Shown here piece by piece: positions 57,606 through 64,000 of a stretch of 64,000 bases of DNA. A program made the translations under genes and the position numbers. Position 1 is the first letter of the stretch; each line of letters opens with the position of its first letter. Origin of the DNA: Terriglobus sp. GTDB lineage: Bacteria; Acidobacteriota; Terriglobia; Terriglobales; Acidobacteriaceae. Below the pieces are notes generated by a model that saw only the letters and a list, made by a program, of their open reading frames with translations, was not told the origin of the DNA and ran no database searches. The stretch spans positions 1,732,082-1,796,081 of the forward strand of contig OZ255704.1 of assembly GCA_965276945.1 (NCBI GenBank), given 5' to 3'.

Positions 57606-60524
57606 ATGGATAACGCCCCGCAGGATGGAACGAAAAAGGCATTGCAGCTGAAAGACACGCTGAACCTGCCAAAGACCGCCTTCCCCATGAAGGCGAACCT
57701 GCCCGTGAACGAGCCGGCACGGCTGCGTGCGTGGCAGGAGATGGACCTCTATGGCGAAATCCGCAAGTCCCGCGCTGGCAAAGAAAAGTACATCCTGCAC
57801 GATGGTCCGCCGTATGCGAACGGGGCCATCCACCTGGGCCATGCACTGAACAAGTGCATCAAGGACTTCATCGTTAAGTCCAAGACCATGGCCGGATATG
57901 ACGCACCGTACGTTCCTGGCTGGGACTGCCACGGCCTGCCCATCGAGATCAAGGTGGATGAGCAGCTGGGCCGCAAGAAGCTCGAAATGGACGCGCTCAC
58001 GGTCCGGCAGCAGTGCCGCGACTACGCGCAGACGTATGTCGATCTGCAGCGCTCGCAGTTCGTGCGCATGGGCGTGCTGGGGCGTTGGAACGATCCGTAT
58101 CTGACGATGAGCAACGAGTACGAGGCGCGCATTCTGGAGACGTTTTACGCCTTCTACGAGAAGGGTTTCGTCTACAAGGGGCTGCGCCCGGTCTACTGGT
58201 GCATGCACGACAAGACGGCGCTGGCCGAAGCCGAGGTCGAGTACGAGATGCACACCTCGCCGAGCGTCTACGTGCGGTATGCGCTGACCTCGCCGCCGGA
58301 GAGCATCGATCCCGCGCTGGCTGGTCTTCCGGTCTTTGGACTGATCTGGACGACGACACCGTGGACGCTTCCCGCCTCGCAGGCCATTGCCTTCCACCCA
58401 GAGTTTGAGTACGTTGCGGTTCGAATTTTGGAAGACGCGGAGACGTGGGGACGAGGAAACGTCTATATCGTCGCTAAAGGCCTGCTGCCTTCACTTGCGG
58501 CCAGCGCCGCTCTTCCCGCTCACGACATCATCGCGGAGTTCCTGGGGCAAAAGCTGGAGCACGCATTTTTTGCGCATCCATTTCTGCCGCGTGAAGTCCT
58601 GGGCGTCATGGCTGACTACGTCACTGCCGAGCAAGGCACCGGCGGCGTGCATACCGCGCCCGCGCACGGTCCGGACGACTTCGCTACCGGCAGGAAGTAC
58701 GCGCTCTCGCAGGTGTGCGACGTGGATGAAGCTGGCCGCCTGCGCAACGGCCTGCCGGAGTACGACAACCTGAACGTGCACAAGGCTAACGCTCCCATTA
58801 TCGAGCTGCTGAAGCAGCGCGGCGCGCTGATGGCGCAGGGCGAGATTCAACACAGCTACCCGCACTGCTGGCGCTGCCACCGGCCCGTGATCTATCGCGC
58901 GACGGAGCAGTGGTTCATCGGCATGGAGACGCCAATGCCGAACGGCCAGAGCTTCCGCGAACGCGCGCTGAACGAGATCACGAAGGTGACATGGGATCCG
59001 GCGTGGGGGCAGGAGCGCATCAGCAACATGATCGCCACGCGGCCTGACTGGTGCATCAGCCGCCAGCGCATCTGGGGCGTGCCTATCGCGGTGTTTCTGT
59101 GCCAGGAGTGCCACGCGCCCTTGGACAATCCGGAGATCAACCGCAGCATCGTGGAGCGCTTTCGGCTGGAGAGCGCGGACGCGTGGTATCGCTATTCGGC
59201 TGAGGATCTGCTGCCCGGCGGGACGGAGTGCGCGCAGTGCGGCGGCACCGAGTTTCGCAAGGAGATGGACATCCTGGACGTGTGGTTTGAGAGCGGCGCG
59301 AGTTGGCACGCGGTGCTGGAAGCGGAGCCGGAACTGCGCTTCCCTGCAGACATGTACACGGAGGGCGGCGACCAGCACCGCGGCTGGTTCCACTCGTCCC
59401 TGCTTTCCGCCGTAGGCATCCGCGACGAGGCTCCATATCGCTACGTCGCCACCAGCGGCTGGACGCTGGATGAGCAGCGCCGCGCCTTTTCCAAGTCGCT
59501 GGGCAACGGCGTCGATCCGGTCAAGGTGATGGATGAACTCGGCGGCGATATCGTCCGCCTGTGGGTCGCGTCGGTGGACTTCCGCGAGGACGTGATCGCC
59601 TCCGTGCCGCTGATGAAGCGCTTGGCCGAGGAAATCTACCGCAAGCTGCGCAACACCTTCCGCTTCCTCCTCGCCAATCTTGATGGCTTTGTTCCCGCAC
59701 AGGACGAGCAGCCATGGGAGACGATGCAGCCGCTGGACCAGTACATGCTGGCCCGCACCGCCGAGCTGGTCGAGAAGGTTAGGAAGGCTTACGAAGAGTT
59801 TGAGTTCCACCGCGTCTTCCACGCCCTGAACGAGTTCTGCAACTCTGAACTAAGCGCCTTCTATCTCGACGTTCTGAAAGACCGCCTCTACACGCTAGCG
59901 CCCAAGGACCCACGCCGCCTCAGCGCCCAGACCGCGCTATGGAAAATCACCGAAGCACTTGTGCGCCTCGTCGCCCCCATCCTCTCGTTCACGGCGGATG
60001 AGGTTTGGAGCTACATGCCGTATGTCGCAGGACGCGAGACAAGCGTGCACATTGCGCGCTTTCCCAATGCTGGTGATTTGGCTTCGGAATCAAGCCGCAC
60101 TGACCTGTTGCGGGACTGGAGTCTGCTACTGAGTGCCCGTCGTGATGTTCTGCTTTCGCTAGAGTTACCGCGGAAAGAAGGAATGATTGGTAAGGGCCTA
60201 GACGCAAATGTAAAGCTTGAAAGCTTCGCTGGAGACATTCCCATCTTGCAGAAGTATTGGCGGGATTTACCGGAACTGTTTAATGTGTCACCAGTAATGC
60301 AGCTTGATTTTGTTGGCGATATCCCAAGCGGGCGTGGGTTACTTTTCGGAGTAGTAGTGAAGGTGGCTGAAGGCTCCAAGTGTGAGCGCTGTTGGCGCTA
60401 CACACAGGACGTGGGCAGCAATGAGCAGTTTCCGTCAGTGTGTGCGCGTTGCGCTGACGCCTTAAAGCAGATTGGTTACAAACCGCTCGCAACCAGCGTC
60501 ATAGCTGAGGAGCAGCCTGCGTGA
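57606..60524 (+). CDS. ileS: Isoleucyl-tRNA synthetase (type 1, C-terminal zinc finger)
   Basis: Contains PPYANGAIHLGHALNK (HIGH), FSKSLGNG (KMSKS-like) and a C-terminal KCERCWRY...VCARCADAL. GAGGA lies 5 nt before the ATG. Confidence 0.97.
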   Translation: MDNAPQDGTKKALQLKDTLNLPKTAFPMKANLPVNEPARLRAWQEMDLYGEIRKSRAGKEKYILHDGPPYANGAIHLGHALNKCIKDFIVKSKTMAGYDAPYVPGWDCHGLPIEIKVDEQLGRKKLEMDALTVRQQCRDYAQTYVDLQRSQFVRMGVLGRWNDPYLTMSNEYEARILETFYAFYEKGFVYKGLRPVYWCMHDKTALAEAEVEYEMHTSPSVYVRYALTSPPESIDPALAGLPVFGLIWTTTPWTLPASQAIAFHPEFEYVAVRILEDAETWGRGNVYIVAKGLLPSLAASAALPAHDIIAEFLGQKLEHAFFAHPFLPREVLGVMADYVTAEQGTGGVHTAPAHGPDDFATGRKYALSQVCDVDEAGRLRNGLPEYDNLNVHKANAPIIELLKQRGALMAQGEIQHSYPHCWRCHRPVIYRATEQWFIGMETPMPNGQSFRERALNEITKVTWDPAWGQERISNMIATRPDWCISRQRIWGVPIAVFLCQECHAPLDNPEINRSIVERFRLESADAWYRYSAEDLLPGGTECAQCGGTEFRKEMDILDVWFESGASWHAVLEAEPELRFPADMYTEGGDQHRGWFHSSLLSAVGIRDEAPYRYVATSGWTLDEQRRAFSKSLGNGVDPVKVMDELGGDIVRLWVASVDFREDVIASVPLMKRLAEEIYRKLRNTFRFLLANLDGFVPAQDEQPWETMQPLDQYMLARTAELVEKVRKAYEEFEFHRVFHALNEFCNSELSAFYLDVLKDRLYTLAPKDPRRLSAQTALWKITEALVRLVAPILSFTADEVWSYMPYVAGRETSVHIARFPNAGDLASESSRTDLLRDWSLLLSARRDVLLSLELPRKEGMIGKGLDANVKLESFAGDIPILQKYWRDLPELFNVSPVMQLDFVGDIPSGRGLLFGVVVKVAEGSKCERCWRYTQDVGSNEQFPSVCARCADALKQIGYKPLATSVIAEEQPA

Positions 60525-61105
60525 GTGCTGTCCTCCAAACCAAAAGCACACCGCGACATGATGCGCGGCCATGGCTGCTGCTCATCTCCCTGCTGGTCAT
60601 CGTGCTGGACCGCGTAACCAAGATCGTGGTCGCAAAGAAGATCGCGATGGGATCGGCTATTACGGTCATCCCGCATATCTTTCATATCACGCATGTGTTG
60701 AATACTGGCGCGGCGTTCTCCATGTTCTCGGAGTCGGCTTCGCCCATGGCGGTGCGGGTTGGCCTGATTGCCTTTTCAGTGGTCGCCTTGTGCGTGGTGT
60801 TGGGGATGCTGTGGCGCTATGGGCGGACGTGGTCCATCGGCGCAGTAGGGTTTGCGCTGGTGCTGGGTGGAGCCATTGGGAACCTGTATGACCGTGTCGT
60901 GCTGCACTATGTGGTGGACTTTCTTGAGGTACACATCGTGGGCTATCACTGGCCGGATTTTAATGTGGCAGATAGCGCGATTTCGGTGGGTGCGGTGTTG
61001 TTGCTCTTAGAAATGATCGGGCCGAGGGACACAGCGAGTCAGCAGGCAAGCGAGACAGCAAGTCAGCCGGAGTCGTCTGCGCACAAAGAGGTGCGGCGTG
61101 CCTGA
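60521..61105 (+). CDS. lspA: Lipoprotein signal peptidase II
   Basis: The GTG start overlaps the ileS stop (GTGA). Contains HVLNTGAAFSMF and WPDFNVADSAISVG, with a Ser/Gln/Ala-rich C-terminal tail. Confidence 0.9.
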   Translation: MSAVLQTKSTPRHDARPWLLLISLLVIVLDRVTKIVVAKKIAMGSAITVIPHIFHITHVLNTGAAFSMFSESASPMAVRVGLIAFSVVALCVVLGMLWRYGRTWSIGAVGFALVLGGAIGNLYDRVVLHYVVDFLEVHIVGYHWPDFNVADSAISVGAVLLLLEMIGPRDTASQQASETASQPESSAHKEVRRA

Positions 61106-61196
61106 AGGTGTCGTGAATTCATCTGCACAGGAAGCTGTGTTGCCGCTTATAGAAGCAGATCCCTACGCTTCGCTACGGGATGACAAAGCCAATGGC

Positions 61197-64000
61197 ATGG
61201 ATAAAGCGAACGGCGTTTCGCCGAATGAGAACATCATCATTCGCGGGGCGCGCACGCACAACCTGAAGAACATCGACGTTGACATTCCGCATAACAAGAT
61301 GACGGTGGTCAGCGGCGTATCGGGGTCGGGCAAGAGTTCGCTGGCGTTTGACACCGTGTATGCGGAGGGCCAGCGGCGGTATGTGGAGTCGCTGTCGGCG
61401 TATGCGCGGCAGTTTCTGGAGCGCATTGAGAAGCCGGACGTGGACCACATGGACGGCCTGGCCCCCGCCATCGCCATCAAGCAGAAGAATCAGACGCGCA
61501 ACCCGCGGTCTACCGTGGCGACCGCTACGGAAATATACGACTACATGCGTTTGCTGTACGCGCGCTGCGGTACGGTAACGTGCCTGCACTGCGGCGGCAT
61601 CGTAAAGCGCGACACCGTGGATGAGATTGCGGCAAGCGTGCTGGCGCTGGGCCCAGACGAGAACGGGGACACGCGCCTGTATGCGCTGTTTCCCATCGAG
61701 CGCCGCGCCGTCGTCTTCGAGCCCATGCAGGAGTTCGCGCTTCCACCAGACGAAACAGCGGCACCGGCAGTCAAGTACGCCAAGCCAAAGAAACTCAGCA
61801 ACAAGAGACTCCCCAAACCCGAAGAGCCGAAGATCACGGACCCGTCCGAGCCCATGCGCGAGCGGCTGATCGAATTGCGGCGGCGTGGGTTTAACCGGCT
61901 CTTTCAGAACGGCAGCATTGTGGAGTTCTCCACGCCAGAGTCGTTGCTGGAGTTGAACTTTGCCGAACCCATCTACGTCTTGGCGGACCGGCTGAGCGTC
62001 AGCGTGGAAGTGCGGTCGCGCATCGTGGATGCCATCGAAACTGGCCTTCGCGAGAGCGGCGAAATCGTCTTTCTCACCGCACCGCGCGATGGAAGCGAGC
62101 CGCAACGCATACGCTTCTCCGCCGCATTCGAGTGCACCAACTGCCACCGTGCCTACCGCGATCCCGAACCGCGCCTGTTCTCCTTCAACAACCCGTACGG
62201 AGCGTGCCCGCGCTGCCAAGGCTTTGGCAACACCATTGATTTCGACCCGGACCTGATCATTCCGGACAAGGCCAAATCGCTGGAGGACGGCGCCATCGAT
62301 CCCTGGACCAGGCCGAAGTACCGCGCGCATCACGGCGAGATGAAGCGCTTTGCGCAGACGCACGGCATCCCGCTGAAGACGCCCTGGTACGACCTGACGC
62401 CCGCGCAGCAAAACCTGCTGTGGGACGGCGACAGCAGCTTCATGGGCATCCGGCGCTTCTTCCGCTCTCTGGATGACAAGAAGTACAAGCTGCATGTGCG
62501 CGTCTTTCTGGCGAAATATCGCGGCTATGCGCCGTGCCCGGACTGCCGTGGCCAGCGGCTGCGCGCAGAGGCACGCGCTGTGCTGCTGAATGGGCGCAAC
62601 ATCTGCGAGGCCGCAGGCATGACCATCACGGGAGCGCGGCAGTTCTTTGACGCTCTGGAGCTGTCGCCCGCACAGACGGAGATTGCGGGCAAGATCATGG
62701 AAGAGGTGCGGCAGCGCATCGGCTTTCTGGAGCAGGTGGGTCTGGAATATCTCACGCTGGACCGTCTCTCCTCCACGCTCAGCGGCGGCGAATCGCAGCG
62801 CATTCAGCTGGCGACATCGCTCGGATCGCGGCTGGTGGGCGCGCTGTACGTGCTGGACGAGCCGTCCATTGGGCTGCACTCGCGCGATACGGCGAAGCTG
62901 GTGCGGATCATGCATGAGCTGCGCGACCTGGGCAACACGATCCTGGTCGTGGAGCATGATTCGGACGTGATCCTGGCGGCGGACCGTCTGATCGATCTTG
63001 GTCCCGGAGCGGGCGAACTGGGCGGCAAGCTGCTGGCCAGCGGCACGGTGGAAGAAGTTAAGCACAATAACAACTCCGTTACGGGACGGTACTTATCTGG
63101 GCGCGCTCGCATTCCCGTGCCGGTGGATCGCCGCGAACCGTCGCGCGAAGCGCTGAAGCTTACCGGAGCGCGCATTCACAACCTGCGCGGCGTGGACCTG
63201 GAGATACCGTTAGGCATGTTAACCGTTGTCACGGGCGTCAGCGGGTCGGGCAAGTCGACCATCGTGCACCAGGTTCTCTATCGCGCGCTGCAACATGCGC
63301 TGGGGGTTGAGGGTGCCAGTGGCGAGGTTACGCAGCTTTATCGCGAACTGCATGGCACGCACTTCCTGCGGGAGGTCGTGCTGGTGGATCAGTCACCGAT
63401 TGGGCGCACGCCGCGCTCGAACCCCGTGACGTACATCAAGGCTTTTGATGCGATTCGCGAGCTCTTTGCGGCGCAGCCTGATGCCAAGCGCAAGAACTAC
63501 ACCGCCGGTTCGTTCAGTTTCAACGTGCCGGGCGGGCGCTGCGATGTGTGCGAAGGTGACGGCACCGTCACGGTGGAGATGCAGTTCCTCGCCGACATTG
63601 AACTGCCCTGTGAGGAGTGCAACGCGACGCGCTACAAGGCCGCGATTCTGGACGTGAAGTACAAGAACCGCAACATCCACGACGTGCTAAATATGACGGT
63701 GAAGGAGGGGGTGCACTACTTCGCCGGCAACCCGAAAATTGTTGAACGGCTACAGGTGCTGGATGAGGTGGGTCTTGGCTATGTGCGGCTGGGACAGTCG
63801 GCAACGACGCTGAGCGGCGGTGAGGCGCAGCGCGTCAAGCTGGCGTCGCACCTGGCCAACATTCGGGTGAGCGGAGCGCGTGGGACGGCGACGAAGGCAG
63901 CCAGCCGGGTGCTGTACATCTTGGACGAACCAACCACCGGCCTGCATTTTGCCGATGTGGCCACGCTGTTGCAGGCGTTCCATAAATTGATTGAAGGCGG
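61197..64000 (+). CDS. uvrA: Excinuclease ABC subunit A (3'-truncated by the window end)
   Basis: Hand translation from ATG 61197 gives MDKANGVSPNENIIIRGARTHNLKNIDVDIPHNKMTVVSGVSGSGKSSLAFDTVYAEGQRRYVESLSAYARQFL. The second ABC module begins at about 63180 (NLRGVDLEIPLGMLTVVTGVSGSGKST). The frame stays open to 64000, so it is absent from the track. In-frame GTGs at 61098, 61113 and 61137 are alternative starts. Confidence 0.93.
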   Translation, partial: MDKANGVSPNENIIIRGARTHNLKNIDVDIPHNKMTVVSGVSGSGKSSLAFDTVYAEGQRRYVESLSAYARQFLERIEKPDVDHMDGLAPAIAIKQKNQTRNPRSTVATATEIYDYMRLLYARCGTVTCLHCGGIVKRDTVDEIAASVLALGPDENGDTRLYALFPIERRAVVFEPMQEFALPPDETAAPAVKYAKPKKLSNKRLPKPEEPKITDPSEPMRERLIELRRRGFNRLFQNGSIVEFSTPESLLELNFAEPIYVLADRLSVSVEVRSRIVDAIETGLRESGEIVFLTAPRDGSEPQRIRFSAAFECTNCHRAYRDPEPRLFSFNNPYGACPRCQGFGNTIDFDPDLIIPDKAKSLEDGAIDPWTRPKYRAHHGEMKRFAQTHGIPLKTPWYDLTPAQQNLLWDGDSSFMGIRRFFRSLDDKKYKLHVRVFLAKYRGYAPCPDCRGQRLRAEARAVLLNGRNICEAAGMTITGARQFFDALELSPAQTEIAGKIMEEVRQRIGFLEQVGLEYLTLDRLSSTLSGGESQRIQLATSLGSRLVGALYVLDEPSIGLHSRDTAKLVRIMHELRDLGNTILVVEHDSDVILAADRLIDLGPGAGELGGKLLASGTVEEVKHNNNSVTGRYLSGRARIPVPVDRREPSREALKLTGARIHNLRGVDLEIPLGMLTVVTGVSGSGKSTIVHQVLYRALQHALGVEGASGEVTQLYRELHGTHFLREVVLVDQSPIGRTPRSNPVTYIKAFDAIRELFAAQPDAKRKNYTAGSFSFNVPGGRCDVCEGDGTVTVEMQFLADIELPCEECNATRYKAAILDVKYKNRNIHDVLNMTVKEGVHYFAGNPKIVERLQVLDEVGLGYVRLGQSATTLSGGEAQRVKLASHLANIRVSGARGTATKAASRVLYILDEPTTGLHFADVATLLQAFHKLIEG

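Noticed and set aside
57540-59822. Minus-strand ORFs 57540..58397 (285 aa) and 58491..59822 (443 aa)
   Set aside because: Both are antisense to ileS, which has HIGH and KMSKS-like motifs and a zinc-finger C-terminus. Their translations are Arg/Ala/Pro-rich low-complexity sequence typical of antisense frames.
61056-61067. 12-mer CAGCAAGTCAGC in the lspA tail, the reverse complement of GCTGACTTGCTG in the polA-upstream octamer array (possible dispersed repeat family)
   Set aside because: In 64 kb read on both strands, hundreds of chance 12-mer matches are expected. Nothing beyond the 12-mer is shared.
61173-63065. 630-aa minus-strand ORF, the largest ORF the track offers for this region
   Set aside because: It is antisense to uvrA. 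The plus-strand frame from 61197 carries unmistakable UvrA Walker and signature motifs and stays open to the window end, which is why it is not listed. Long stop-free antisense frames are expected in high-GC DNA.

Overview
High-GC chromosomal segment. The gene content (CarboxypepD_reg-type TonB-dependent receptors, secreted PQQ-like beta-propellers, a sedolisin, GT-C membrane proteins) looks most like Acidobacteriota; this is inference, since no search was possible. About 85 percent of the window is ordinary core genome: dgt-like, purH, pyrD, serS, an asd-like gene followed by pssA-psd-rimI-tsaB, pgsA, gdhA, queA, polA, glgX, tonB, ileS-lspA-uvrA. uvrA runs off the 3' end, so it is missing from the ORF track. 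The window also holds a complete Kdp K+-uptake locus (46.7-56.1 kb) with an unusual layout. KdpD is split into an N-terminal/Usp gene and a separate TM+kinase gene, placed head-to-head 13 bp apart. The operon order is kdpD(N)-kdpE-porin-sORF-kdpFABC. kdpF and a kdpF-like 31-codon ORF are too short for the track and were found by hand. The clearest non-genic signal is a perfect consensus parS palindrome (TGTTTCACGTGAAACA, 56186-56201). Small accessory insertions sit between core genes. One is an MntA/HepT toxin-antitoxin module with a frameshifted HepT, between purH and pyrD. Another is a PIN toxin whose GTG start overlaps the polA stop, followed by two paralogous RHH-like small genes. A third is a multiply frameshifted DsrE-family pseudogene next to a peroxiredoxin-like gene. 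Other observations are an orphan GvpL/GvpF homologue, two short tandem-repeat arrays that abut -10-like hexamers upstream of queA and polA, and several start codons with no SD but a -10-like hexamer 6-8 nt upstream (possible leaderless mRNAs). I found no rRNA, tRNA, CRISPR array, transposase or integrase. I do not see a convincing multi-gene novel system. The Kdp regulatory architecture and the polA-coupled PIN/2xRHH module are the best candidates for follow-up. All family calls come from motif recognition by eye.
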